From Nymphaea colorata (Eukaryota): 64,000 bases of DNA. Below, piece after piece: positions 50,901 to 64,000 of this stretch. Position 1 is the stretch's first letter. The number at the start of each line of letters is the position of its first letter. Where the stretch lies: NCBI RefSeq assembly GCF_008831285.2, contig NC_045138.2:6944001-7008000 (forward strand), in the 5' to 3' direction. The notes below the pieces were generated by a model. It was given only the letters and a program-made list of their open reading frames with translations. It ran no database searches and had not been told where the DNA came from. The translations under genes and the position numbers were made by a program.

Positions 50901-53900
50901 TTTTTTTCTTTCTCTGCGTCTTTTCTTTATTTCATTTGGCCAGTTCTTTCTCTTCTTCTTTTGTAAACTGAAGTCTTTAAACCTTTCATTTCATTATCTT
51001 CTTCTTTTGTACTTACACAGATTTTTTTTTTCTAAGTTTTTGGTAATGCATTCAATTTTGTATTAGATGTCTGTTACTTTGCGTGTTTGTTGTGTATCTG
51101 TAGTTATAGTCGCAGTTATAATTTATATACTATTATACTTTGATTGGTTATGCTTTGCATGTGTGTGTTTTTGTGTGCGTGCATCTATTGAACTTTGTCT
51201 AATACATTTTCTTGTTTATTAAAATTATAGTAAAAGTCAGTGCATGCAATGATAAGATGGAAGCTGTGATTTTGTTGAGAGTTTATGTTACCTTTCTTTC
51301 TTATAATTAGATAGGTACTTCGTGTTTTTTTTAGGCTTTTAGGTTTTGGAAAGTAATTTGATGTAGCAGTTGATATTTAGTAAATTAGAAGATTTTACAT
51401 AATCTATAATTGAAAATAATTGAAGTTCAATTGTAAACTTGGTCTCTTTATGCTATATAACTTTCAAACTTTAATTTTTTAACTTCATCAAATTTGATCT
51501 TTTCAACTTTTAAATATGTTTCTTATCATGTTACGAATGCTTAGTGTTAGTGTTATCCTGCATTTTGATGGTGTTGTTTTCTAAGTTGGTAGCCATAGGT
51601 TTTTCATGAAATATAATGCTTTTCCTTTTTTAGGACAAGATAATTCTCCTACCGCCTGAGCTCTGGGCTTAACTTACTAGCTATGCTGCAGTTAGCATTT
51701 TTGACAACATAGCATACAGCAAAAATAACATGGATGCAATTATACCAAAATAAGCAAAGGGAATAAGAATATGTAATGTACACCCTAAAAGTTTATATAT
51801 TTTGTCTAATCTGCAAAAAGGAGCAACAGTCACCAACTTCTTAGAATTTATGAGTAGCTACAACTACAAGCTTATGCTGCTACTTTGATCCACAGTTCAT
51901 TGTCTGGCTCTTGTTAGTGTAGGAATCAATGGTGACTTGTACCATGATCACACTTCAATGGTGACTTGTGCAACTGTGCATAAGAGAATCATATAGTGGT
52001 TTAAACTGCTGGTGCATTTTCAGTTCTGCTTCATGCCTTGGACCATGATCACACTTCTTGGTGTGATGTTTATCTGGTCTGTACCATCCAATGGAGAACT
52101 GTGGGAGATTTTGGCAAAAAAGAGTATATCATGATCCATCACATTTACTTTTTCTCATAAGTGCTATCCTTTTCTTTTAGCACTAAAAATTTGCATAAGC
52201 TATAAGTCTATTTGTGGAATCTCATTTTCAAGGCACTAGTGGCTAATCTACAGTAGCCTTTGTGAAAGTAGATCTGCAACTTGATGGAAGTTTTCAGCTT
52301 TAAGTTTTGTTCCCCCCTGGCTTCTTTCAAATTGCATGAAGTCACACGGTACTCAGATCTGTCTTAGTTTCTGTACACTTAATGGGCTATTTTGTTCTTT
52401 TCTTTCTTGAAAGGACTTGCAAGGATAATGCGGACAAGAGATTTGCCGACTGTTCAATTCCACAAGAGAAATCTAATGCAGAAATTAATGCTGAGTTGAA
52501 TATATCAGAAGCTTCATGCGATGAAGATTTTCCCAGTACACAACCACATGCTAGCAGCTATGAAAGCCCACAATTGCAAGGTGTGTACTGTTCGGAGATG
52601 TGACCTTTTAGATTGAAAAGGCCATGTTGATCTCCCTTCTAACTTCCTTTTTCCTTTTGCTCAGTTCCCCAGCAGGATACTTGGACACTTATTAAACATA
52701 ATATCTTTCTTCATCGGAACCACAAACATCAAAACATTGATGAGGTAGAGGCACAAGGGTTATTACTTTGTAATGATGAATCTAAATGCAACTATTGCCT
52801 TGTTTAGCGCTGAAGATTATTCTTTATTTTTTCTTTGTCTTCTATCAATTAACATGTTTGTCACCAAAGTCAAATTCATGACAGTAAAATTTCTTGACGC
52901 AAAGATCGTGGATGTACTGTACTTCCTGTTCTAGGTTTTGATACAGATATCCTGAACAAGGGCAAATAATTAATTGGATTTTGTTTTGCCTTTCTTCCCT
53001 TCATGATCAGATTATGGTGTGCCAGTGCAAGCCTCCACAAAGTGGGGGCCAAGGCTGTGGGGATGGATGCCTAAATCGATTGCTTAATATAGAATGTGAA
53101 CACGGAACATGCCCTTGTGGTGAACTGTGTTCAAACCAGCAGGTTTCAGTTCTCTCTTTTTTATAAAATTCTTTGTTTTCCTGGCCTGATAGATGTTTCT
53201 ATTATCTGTTACAAGCATAAATGGCGTTTTGCAGTTTCAGAACCACAAATATGCTACATTTGAGTGGGTCCGCTGTGGAAAGAAGGGATATGGACTGCAA
53301 TTGCGGGAAGATGTCTCAAAGGGGCAGTTTCTTATTGAATATGTTGGAGAGGTATTTTGATTGGTACCTCAAGTTTTCCAAAATTTTTATTGCACGAGAT
53401 ATGTTCACCTTCTGAATGAATTTTTGTGCCTGGTTGGCATTGGCTTGCAACCCCTAATAGTTTTAGTAGTTCAACAAGTTTTTGTCAACCTTCCTAGTTG
53501 CATCTGCCACCATGTCCTTTATTCCTTTTACACTATGGAACTTTGGCAGCATGTGATTGTTGTTTGATGGTTTTCATTCCTGAATTTTGGTCTAACCAGG
53601 TACTTGACACACAAACATATGCTGCTCGGCAGAGAGAATATGCAGCCAGAGGTCAAAGACATTTTTACTTCATGACTTTGAATGGCAACGAGGTTTGATG
53701 TTTACCTGCTTATACATAGTTTGAGCAAGCACACTTTACTAGCTTAGTCAAACTTGTGTTGTAAGATTCTTTTTTAATGTCCATTAGATGAAATTTCAAT
53801 GCCAATGCCTTTCCGGGATCATCTCTTTTCTTGGTTGCTTTGAACTTTTAAGCTGTGCAGTTTGAAGCCAAAAGCAGACCTAGCCCCTGGGTGTTAGCAG

Positions 53901-56900
53901 CTTGAAAGCCTAGTCAAAAATAAAAATCATATAATATTAATTATCTTTCATACTGAAATATAAGGTTTTATGTTTTTTGATGTGTTTTGCTTTATTTTAC
54001 TTTTTTTTGCAGAAGATGGTAAAGGGGAAGGGATGGGTGCAGGGGGAGAGGGTGGAAGTGGGTTTTGGATCCCATTCTATCTCCTCTTCTTACTGTTGAT
54101 CTTCTTCTTCTCCTCTTTGTTTCTTTTCTTGTTCTTCCTACTCTGTTTATTCACCTGTCTAGGCCTATCAAGGGAGTGTGCTATTTGGCACTTTTTGTTG
54201 TTGTCTTTTAGGCAATTGCTTACATTGCAAGTGGTTTTTAAGTGCCAATGGCTGGGCAGGTTTTATTTCATATGTCTAGATAAAGAAATTTGCTAATAAA
54301 AGTTCCAGATATTCTTATTTACAATCTTGGTAAAGCATTTCACATGGCTTCATTGCTGCTGCAGTAGATTAATTCTTTGAGGCCATTAGGCCTTTTCCGC
54401 TTCCCTTCTTTGAACATGATATAAGCATTTATATATGTTTCTTAAACGTTTCAGTTGTTTTACTAAGTAACTTCAGGTTTGCTGAAACATTTTAATATAT
54501 CAATGCTAGTTTTGGTAATGCAAATTTCTTCCCTATATTATCTTTTTTCTATAGTATAGGATTGAGTTTATCTGTTTAGAACCTTATGTGCTTTTTTTAT
54601 TTTGTGTTGTAATTATCCACCTACTAAATGGTCACACTTGGAATTACAGTCAATCTGAGTGTAAACTTTAATTGCGAGATTAGCTTCAATTGTGAGACTA
54701 CAGATGTTTGTAGTGAAAGTGGAACATGAAATTAAATCCAGGCACTCCATCTAGGAGTGTAGATGGGGACCATGGTGTTTGGATGTGAGTACACCTTTTT
54801 TGGTTAATTGGTTGTGGGTCAGATTCATATTTGCAAAGAGAAGGACCACTGTATTGCCGAACTAGTCTTATGGCCAGGTTCAGATGCATCCCGACTATAA
54901 GCTAAATGCAATTACTAACTGGATGTGTTTTTTTTTTTGAAATAAAACTTGGCTAGTTAAGAGTTAGATCTATAATTGGTAACTCTGAACCCTGACTGGC
55001 TTTCCTGATTCCAACATAAAAATAGCACGACTGACATCGATTGAAAAAAACACTTCTGATCTTGAGTTGATTTCACGTTGTTTGGTCAGACTCATATTGG
55101 TAGCTTATGAGATGCTAATTGCTCAGACAACTGAACAACCTGAAGCTAACTCCATTTACATCCATTGATGAAATTTAATAAGCATCCATGTCGTGTCTAT
55201 TTGAATTGTACCAGTTAAACGTGGATATTCCTTATTGGCCATCATCAGTGGTTCACCCATAGACTAGGTAGGTGCTCATATATTGTATAAATTTTATTTT
55301 TATTTCCTCTATAAGCCTTTAAAGTTTAAACATTCAAACTTCTTAACTTGGTTCATGTCCTTGCTATGTTCTTGTGTTATTAGTTGTACTTATGGTACTT
55401 GATTATTGCTTTTGTGTCTTTGCACAAGTCCTGCACTTTGATATGTGCAGGTTACAACTTGCTCTATCCACCTATGGGTGCCTACTGCTTTTTATTGTAT
55501 TCTCTGAATAGATCTTAAGTTGTTGGAGCTTATTCATAATTTATTTTTGTTACTGAGTATTAGGAATTCTCAATGCTTCTTTTTTTGCATTAATAACAGG
55601 TAATTGATGCCTGTGCAAAAGGCAATCTTGGGCGGTTTATAAATCATAGTTGTGATCCTAACTGCCGTACAGAAAAGGTATTTGGTTACACTATTATGGA
55701 TTTTCTTCTCTTCATATTTGTTGATTTACTTATCAAAATTGTATAATTTTGATAATCCGTAAAACATTCTCTTTGACTAAGTTCTCTTGTCTGAGATGTC
55801 CTGTTGTCCATCTTATATATATGTATATATATTACCTCTCTTTTTCTCTCCCCTTCCTTTCTTTTTCTTTTCTCATCTCTACAACCAATATTCCCCATCA
55901 TAGAACTGGTGAATTATGGGGAGGGGCAAATTCCTGCAAAACGAGTCCGATTTTGGGATTATTGGTTTAAAACACATACAACACTCACACACACACATAA
56001 ATATATATGTCTTATGTATATACATGTACATGTATATAAGTGGGACTGGTTTAACACACACATGCACACACACATATGTCTTTAATATATGTGTCTATGT
56101 ATTTTCAACCAGTCCCGTTTTGTAAATAAACAGACCAATCTCTTTAACTTCTGATGTTGTCGACTAGTTTTTTCTATGATCTACCTTACATATGTGATAT
56201 GCTTTTTTGGGTTTAGGAGATCCCATCTGTATACCAAAAACCATAGCTTCCCATGAATTGATAAGTTTTTGGACATGTGGATCACATCCATACAGTTGGA
56301 TTTCTGAAAGTTCATCCTAGTCAATTGGCCGTAGTTCCAGTCCTCACACTTCCCATATTTCAAGACATGATATGCTTGCCTATCTGTAAACATATATATA
56401 TATGTAAATACATTAAATATGCAAACACATACTGGCTGAGATACTTCTGGCCTTATGTTCAGGGTTCTGCCTTGCATTTTGTTTAGCATTGTTCATCATT
56501 TGAACAAACTAGCTCTTCCATCATGGAATGGAAAAATTTGACACTTGGTTGACCTTTAAATACTTGTGAAAATTATGAAATCTGAACCCGTCTTTTCATG
56601 CCTTTAAAAACTTATGCATGTGTTGATTCTGGAAAAATTCAGATGTTGGTTCCCATAAAGCTGATCTCAGATTCTCAATGATTGGATTCTTTGAGGGGAC
56701 GTCTGATTCACTTGGAATCAATGGAATTCTAGAATCAAAGAATGAGAATTGCTTTATCAAACAAAGAATTTTGATTATGGAATTAGAGGCTCATTCCAGA
56801 ATCAAAATTCTAGAATTATGATCCCACCCTAGGGGGTGGAATTGTGATTCCAGAATTTCTGGAAGTTTTTTATCTCTCTTTGGGGCACAATGCATGAAGG

Positions 56901-57187
56901 CCTTTTAAGTCATGATATTTAGAATTTTAATTCCCTTTTCATCAAACAAGTTATTCTTAATTCTAGAATCAAAATTCCATACTATCAAAAGAAAATTGGA
57001 AATGGGATATTCATTCCAATTCTAGGTTGAGGTGGAAATTTGATTTTGGAATTTTGATTCCTAAATCAAAATTCTAAGCGATTAAACGCCTCCTGAGAAA
57101 ACAAGTCTACAATTCACCCTACAGTCAACATGCTTCTGATCCACATATTCTACTCTCCTTCTCTATCAGGCACCACACATGCATCCA

Positions 57188-57255
<68 letters not shown>

Positions 57256-60200
57256 GGAATTGAAATCAGCCCGCTACTTCTATGGCTAGATGGTTTTTTC
57301 TTTTTCTTTTTTTTTTTTAAAATTGTGTTACCAAAAAGCGTTGCAAAGGGTGCATTTGCAATGGCCAGTTGCTTGGTCATGGTTTTGAGCGATAAAATGC
57401 ACCTTTTTTAGCGACCATTAATCTTAAAAGTTAAAACCCTTAATGAATTTGATTTACACTTCATATTGATGATGTCCGTAAATGTAGTTTTTGAACCGAA
57501 CTAGTCTTGACTATGATAAATTTAAAAAAAAAATGAATTCTTTAAAAGAAATAGAAAGTTAAGATAAATGGGTTATCATGATATGATTTATAGCTCCTAT
57601 CCACACCTCATCAACAGCACTAATGACAATAAAATTGTGGCGTGTATGATTTATAGCTCCTATCCACACCTCATCAACAGCACTAATGACAATAAAATTG
57701 TGGCGTGTATGATTTATAGCTCCTATCCACACCTCATCAACAGCACTAATGACAATAAAATTGTGGCGTGCAACAAACTGTTAAGATCACATTAAACCAG
57801 CATTTTTCAAATTGACAATGTTCAAATTTCTAATTATTTCAATAATAATTGAGGCAAGGATCAAAAAGTTCATCTTGTTTGACCAAATCAAAACAAAGCA
57901 AACAATGAAATCTGGTGAAAGTTACAGAACAAGCATTTGGTTAACAGAAACTATTTCAAAAGTAAATAAGAAAGTTAACAGGATTAACAGGGGGTTTGTA
58001 CACACATACACAAACACGAATGCCTGTATGTGCGTACATTAATGCATACATCTATACATACGTGGATGGTGTTGCTATCTACTGGCCATCCGGGCTGTTT
58101 GGCATTTTTTATCTGTTTTTTTAGAAACATAACCATATAGACAGAATCTTAATTGGAAGACTATGGAAGCTAAGTTGTCTATTTTTTTTTTAATTTATCT
58201 TCAGTCCGTAAAAATTGTTGTATTATTGTAAAGACAATGATTTTGTGCGAACTGATAGTCATTATGTTATGTCAGTAGGACCCAGTTGATTAACTGGAAA
58301 TCTCAAAACTAGGTGGAAGGGCATAGCCGATTTTTTTTCCTTTTTAACGTGTTTGACACATTGAAACTTGGCAAATATTTGTGCGATTTTAATAGTTCTG
58401 AATCCGTGATTTAGTTTGTGTTGTGATTTATTTCTTCTCCAACTAACACTTGTGTTGTGAAGTGGTTAGCCTGGATCGTCCCTCATATGTTCTATAGTTT
58501 TATTAATACCAATTTTATTTTCTTTGTGCTAGTGGATCGTGAATGGCGAAGTCTGCATTGGCTTGTTTGCATTGCGTGATATTAAGAAGGTAAGTCCTTG
58601 TCTTCAACCACCAGTTATCTTATTCCTTCTTGTTCTTCTGCATGGTGAGAGTAAGTTGAAAGAGTGTGTTTTTATCCCTTTGATCACATAAGTAGTGACT
58701 GCTTCTCTTTCTGTTTAAGTTTTTCATGGTAAAGCCATAATAGACCATAGTTAGGAGATTTGATAAATGACAGGTATTTAAAATCTTGTAAAGAAAATGC
58801 AAGGAAAGTATATCAAAGAAAGGATACAAATGAGCTATAAACCTGTCATCTGTTGGTGGAGAAACCTTCTCAACCACTTTTTAGCAACTTGTTATCTACT
58901 TAATAATATTACCCTGGATCGATTATGATGTGGTATTCTCTATAACAAAATGGTAAAGCTTTTTTTGTCGCATTATGTTGCAGTTACTGCCTTTTTTGCC
59001 AGAGTCCCGCAAAATGTTAGATTGTTTTGGATTGGCTTCATAATGAATGGAAATCAATTGTAAAAATGCGATGCCATTCCGTCACTTAGTATATGCGGTC
59101 ATGCAACTGAACACTGGTACACAATTCATAGAGTTTTATAAGACCTGTCTTCTAACGTGGTCTATTTTCTGTCTATGTATGTCTTTTTTATGATGGCTGT
59201 TATTTTCATGTTTGCATCTGTTTTTTAATTTTAAAGCATTTATTATTCAGATTATTCATTTTTAAATTGGATTTTCCATTGAAGGTTTGTGTCAATGACT
59301 TAGATTGTTTGCAAATTTTCGTTTTGACCCTCTTGGTGCATTATTCCATTGGAATTTTTGAGCACATCTTTGCAAATATATGTCTGACAGGTGGATGCCT
59401 CTCCATGTTCTTCTTTTGGGCAAGTGTGTTAGGTCCTGTCTTATGCCTGTGTAAGCGTCTATATTAGACAGCTCTGCCAATCCGTTTCAACCATTCTTAA
59501 GCTACAAGCATGCTGACTTCAGGCTTGTGCAAACAAAGTGCTTAAATTTACTGCTTGCGCGAAATTGACATGTGGTCTAAAAGAGAGCATACTGTTTTTT
59601 GCCTGTGGCTTATGGTCGGTCTTTGGATGGTGTTATACCAATTTGTGATTGTTCTTAAGTTATTTAGCACACTCTTCTACGTTATTTTGCACTTTCTAAG
59701 TTTGAATTGATTTATTTTGCACTTTGTAAGTTTGAGTTGATTTATTTTGCTGTATTATTTTTCTCATTTTAATTGTACTCCAGGGTGAAGAAGTAACGTT
59801 TGATTATAACTATGTACGAGTGTTTGGAGCTGCTGCAAAAAAATGTTTCTGTGGATCTCCTGGATGCAGGGGATATATCGGTGGTGATCCTTTGAATACT
59901 GAGGTTGTCATTGAAAGTGATTCGGAGGAAGCCTTCCCTGAACCAGTGATGATCCAGGAAGATGTTGGGAATGAGCAGCTTAAAGTTGAAATGTTTGACA
60001 GTAAAGTGCCAGCTGTTGCTCGTGTACCTACCAATTCTACAGTAGAAACAATGGGCACCAAGGATGCCCTCTCTGGTCCAAGTACTTCTACCTCCCTAGA
60101 GACCAGTGAAACCAATGCTATTCTTCCCAGGCTGGCGACTCCTTCAGAAGCTGCTTATGCCAAGGATGTTGCCCCTGATCTGCCAAAGGATGCTAGTTCA

Positions 60201-61377
60201 ACATCTGCTGACATCAAAGACAAGTTATTGCAACTGCCTGCTCAGGGCAGTACTGCTATTAAAAAATCTCGTCTTGTTTTCTTAAAATCTTCTGGAACAG
60301 TGAAAAAGACAAAGCATGGGAATAGCCAGGGGAGATCGTCCAAGCCCAAAAGGATTCTGATAGTTGCTGACAGACATCGGTTTGAAGGAGGTGAACTTGG
60401 ATTCCTGAGATGGACTGATGGTGTACCTTTTTATTTTATATTATATGTGACACTTGCATTCTTTTTCCAGTTGAAGAAAAATTAAACGAACTGCTGGATG
60501 TGGACGGAGGCATCTGCAAGCGAAAAGTACTATTTTATTACTGGATTACCTTCTATCTCTTCTGCTTAAGCTTGAATAAAATCATGCCTTTGTGTTCAAA
60601 AAATCTTGCTTTTGGAGATAGGCTTCATTGCACAGGGCACATGTCCAGTAATTTATGCTGTGTATTTTTTCCAAATTGAGGAATTTATGATTGTCAAATT
60701 TGGTTTTCCCAGCTTTATTGGTGACTTTGATTAAATTCATCAATGGATTTTTACTTTTTAAAACTATGTTGCCATAGCTCTTGCTTAGTCCTAGAACATT
60801 CTCTGAACATATTAACAAGTTCATTCTTTAGTCTGTTGTCTTATGATGGTATGTATTTTTTTTATTTAACCCATTGTTTTGTTCGACAGGATGCTGCAAA
60901 AGGTTATTTGAAGCTATTGTTCATTACTGCATCTTCTGGTGATGTGGTTAATGGAGCGTCTCCTCAAAGGTATTGCATCGATTCCAATTCTCTAGAATTT
61001 TGTGGCAAATATTGATAGAGCTTACAATTGTTTCTTCCAAGAAACAAATGGTTCTGATTTTCTGTTTTCCCTGGTGGCATCCCTTATTCCTGGCTGACCT
61101 GATTTTATTCTTATTTTCTAGCACTAGAGATCTGTCAATAATTCTTGATGCACTGTTGAAGACCAAGTCTCGAACAGTTTTATTGGATATAGTTAATAAA
61201 AATGGTAATAGATGCTGCCTTATCATTTCTTCCAACTTGCCTCTGTAATCAGATCATCCTCAAGGGAGTTCAAGCTTCTGATGCACCTATTTTTCAGGTT
61301 TACAAATGCTCCACAACATCATGAAGCAAAACCGGAAGAATTTTAATAAAATCCCTATCATTCGGAAGCTCTTAAAG
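44426..61377 (+). CDS. ASHH2: Histone-lysine N-methyltransferase ASHH2/SDG8/EFS-like (H3K36), multi-exon, 3' end outside the window
   Basis: Phase-consistent GT-AG exons: 44426-47924, 48056-48275, 52414-52580, 52665-52744, 53011-53142, 53235-53351, 53600-53692, 55600-55677, 58533-58589, 59784-60390, 60471-60526, 60890-60969, 61122-61204, 61298-61377. They encode CW, AWS, SET, post-SET and the C-terminal [25 protein letters not shown] block. The start codon is uncertain. Confidence 0.93.
48056..48275 (+). CDS. ASHH2: ASHH2 exon, CW zinc finger first half
   Basis: [17 protein letters not shown] and GT bounded. Confidence 0.92.
49090..49290. repeat. Intronic tandem duplication, 2 x about 102 bp
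   Basis: GAGGGTTTTGGT...CTACTTTTTATTT.GTTATTA starts at 49090 and at 49192, with few mismatches. Confidence 0.9.
52414..52744 (+). CDS. ASHH2: ASHH2 exons 52414-52580 (CW second half) and 52665-52744
   Basis: [29 protein letters not shown] and [21 protein letters not shown]; phases match. Confidence 0.9.
53011..53692 (+). CDS. ASHH2: ASHH2 exons 53011-53142 (AWS), 53235-53351 and 53600-53692 (SET N-terminal part)
   Basis: [52 protein letters not shown]. Confidence 0.93.
55600..55677 (+). CDS. ASHH2: ASHH2 SET exon ([26 protein letters not shown])
   Basis: Canonical RFINHSC.PN motif; AG and GT bounded. Confidence 0.95.
56695..57093. mobile_element. Tourist/PIF-Harbinger-like MITE in an ASHH2 intron
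   Basis: TIRs GGGGACGTCTGAT and ATTAAACGCCTCC; 3-bp TSD TGA; GGAATT/GAATC-rich interior. Confidence 0.65.
57582..57770. repeat. Perfect tandem repeat, 3 x 63 bp, intronic
   Basis: TATGATTTATAGCTCCTATCCACACCTCATCAACAGCACTAATGACAATAAAATTGTGGCGTG three times with no spacers. Confidence 0.97.
58533..58589 (+). CDS. ASHH2: ASHH2 SET exon ([19 protein letters not shown])
   Basis: 57 nt, phase 0, TAG acceptor and GTAAGT donor. Confidence 0.93.
59784..61377 (+). CDS. ASHH2: ASHH2 exons for the SET end, post-SET and C-terminal helical region (59784-60390, 60471-60526, 60890-60969, 61122-61204, 61298-61377)
   Basis: [59 protein letters not shown]. Confidence 0.92.
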
Positions 61378-62353
61378 GTATGTGGGAGTGCACATTTCTC
61401 TTCGCATGCATATCCTGTGATCCTGTTGTCCTCATATCCCATGTATGTGAAGTTGTGAACATGGATGTGTGTATCTATGCTTATGTTTTTGCTTAAGTTG
61501 AAGTAAGCCTTAAGCCATAATGGGGATACAGGATACACACTTTGTGTCTGCATGTCTTGAGCAAAATCCTTAAGCGCCTCCAGAGATTGGTGTAGATAAC
61601 CAGCATGCCTGCACACAATATCCTTTATGGTGTTACCTTGTTAATTTGTTAATGCTGTCTCTTGTTAGTTACTCAAATAATTTATCAGTTGGTTGAACCA
61701 TAAGGTGGGTTGTGTGTCCTTCTAAAAGGACTAGTTGGGATTAGTCAGTTTAAGTCAATCCAAGTTGATTTCAAAAAATACAATCTATAAAATTATAAGG
61801 ATCACGCACAGTAAGTGCCAAAAGAAATCAAAGATATAAAATGTCACTATGAATCAAATAGACCATATGTATATATGTGTGTCTATGTGTATTTTACCTA
61901 GAAACTGAAAACACAATGCAATCTTTCTGCAACCAAAAACATGTTTAATAGAAAAAAGCAGTATGCAGAAAGTCACCAAAAAAAAGCAAAAAAGAAACAA
62001 AATTTAGTTTACCTAAAGGCTAGTTGGAAAAGAGTAGTCTTTGGCTATTTACCATAGAGCTGGGCCCTACTGATAGTGTGGCTATAGATGAGTTGGACTA
62101 CGTACTTGTTTGATTAGTCAACTAGTTGATGGTTGGCAACCAAGTTCCCTTGTATTATATTGATGTCATTAGCTGCTCCATAGACTTCTATATATCATAA
62201 TGGTTGTTCAAGGAAAAATAAGGGGTAGGAAAAGTTGTCTTTAGTTTTCTCCCTTAGATGGTTTTTGTTGTTTTGCATTAAAAATAAAGTATTTGCATGT
62301 TGAAATTGCATATTGTCAATCTTAACATGGATTGCAGGATTAGCAATTGTGAG

Positions 62354-62718
62354 TAGTGTTATCTGTATCATATAGGTCGGCAAAAGCTATACGATATGCC
62401 TATGATACACGTTTTTCATGTATATCGTAGGTATTTTGACCATATGATATGATATGGCAGTGTCTTACGATGTGCAATTTTTGATCGTAACCTATCATGG
62501 CTTATGAATGATAAATCATGACTATTCATTACATGTGTGATGATTTTTTTATAGGACACCTTTTCATGATTTTTCATGATTTCTTCTAAACTTTTTCTAG
62601 TTTTTCTGATTTTGCCCACTTCTTTATTAATTAAAAAATAAATTTATGATACATTTACACTATGTCGTATAAGCTGGGCTCGATCGATACACGTTATGAT
62701 ATGCCTTTTACAACATTG
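62354..62718. mobile_element. hAT-type MITE (365 bp), intronic
   Basis: Ends TAGTGTTAT and ACAACATTG; perfect 8-bp TSD ATTGTGAG; GATAC-like subterminal motifs. Confidence 0.8.
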
Positions 62719-63100
62719 ATTGTGAGTTTTGCATTAGTATGGCAATATTTCTAGGTGCCATGGGAAGAGGTTGGTAGGTTCATGTGGTTAAACTTTTTGA
62801 TTCCCAATGACTTCGGGCTTTTAGAAAATCAACTATATGGATCAGATTGTGTCCCTAGAATTGCTGAATAAATTGATGAAATGATGTTTTCCTCATAAAA
62901 AACAGTGCATGCCTGCATGTGTGTGCCTGTTTGCATGGTTAGATGGTGGTTGCCATGTCATTAAACTAAATTTCCAAAGAATCACACAAACAACCACTGG
63001 TTTACTTATCTGTTCTTCTTGATATTCCTTTCTCCTAAATGCTTATATACCTGATCCATGGTGTGGTTGTCTGTAAGCACACATACACATGCACACACAC

Positions 63101-63179
63101 CTATGTCACATAGGTATGGGTGCCGGTGCGGGTACGGGTACTGACCATTTTCAAAAAATTTGGGTGCGAGTGTACGAGC

Positions 63180-63235
<56 letters not shown>

Positions 63236-63564
63236 AATAAGAAATACTTAGAAAATATGTATCAAAATAAAGAATATACATCAACATAAACAAATAAATA
63301 ACATAGAAAATTTATATCAACGGTTCTTGCAGTAGTGTGTTTAAAAAACCTATGAAAAACTTTAAACATATTGACAACCAAACAGCCCCCTAGTCAAATA
63401 TGAACATCAATCGAATTTTCACATCCAAAGAATAGAATAAAAAGTAAGGTGGAAAAAATTAAATCAAAATAAAATTAAGCAGTTCGGATCTATAGGTACC
63501 CAAGTGTCAAAGTACCCATTTTGGGTACGGGTATGGACCTTACTGAAGTACCCATGTGACTTAG
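63101..63564. mobile_element. hAT-type MITE (464 bp), intronic
   Basis: 16-bp TIRs CTATGTCACATAGGTA and TACCCATGTGACTTAG (14/16); flanks ACACACAC on both sides; GGGTAC subterminal repeats. Confidence 0.8.
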
Positions 63565-64000
63565 ACACACACACTTATGTGTAGTTAAGTGTTCACAATT
63601 GAAACATTACAATAGTAAAAACAATCAAACTGACAAGAAAAACTGAAACATTTTAATGGGTTTCTAACAAAGTTTAAATTAGACTTTATCGAAGGTGACC
63701 AAGTTTAAAATTTGATAAAAAGTGGCATAAGGCAGGTTGACTATGCTGGTACGCGCTACATGGCATTGATCATGGCATGTCTCATGTCTCCACTTGGATC
63801 CTTGTGTCTATGTTATGCGGATATCCAATTTCTGGTATTTGCATTTCCTCCTATTGAGCATGGTGCAATCTCTTGGACTGGAGGATCTCTGGCCATTCAA
63901 TGTGGCTTAAATTGCTAGCATGACACCTAACATTTTGTAGTATCTACATTTCAACAGTTCATAGACCATTCCATCTTTCTGATTATGTGCCATTAGACTT

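Noticed and set aside
57582..57770. CRISPR-like array or repeat-peptide gene
   Set aside because: Units are contiguous and identical with no unique spacers, the locus is a plant intron, and no cas genes are present.

Overview
Flowering-plant nuclear DNA, AT-rich and dense in transposons. From left to right it holds: (1) a probable last exon of an unidentified gene (1304-1380); (2) an LRR receptor-like protein (RLP) pseudogene (6256-15276, +) with a frameshift, a nonsense codon and a 5.9-kb Ty1/copia insertion (6827-12736, -, TSD TAGTC, 468-bp LTRs); (3) scraps of a second RLP copy; (4) a CACTA remnant with a nested hAT-type element; (5) a decayed chromodomain-bearing Ty3/gypsy element (18958-27400, -); (6) a tRNA-Pro(CGG) gene (29668-29739, -); (7) many MITEs and a LINE fragment; (8) the 5' and central part of an ASHH2/SDG8-type H3K36 methyltransferase gene (44426 to beyond 61377, +; CW, AWS, SET and post-SET domains), which runs off the window. 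The most unusual signal is in the copia 5' leader just upstream of gag (10469-10800): four back-to-back hairpins with different stem sequences but the same C-CAAA-G loop. Their G-U pairs work only on the element's sense strand, which suggests a selected RNA structure. All alignments, folds and counts were done by eye.
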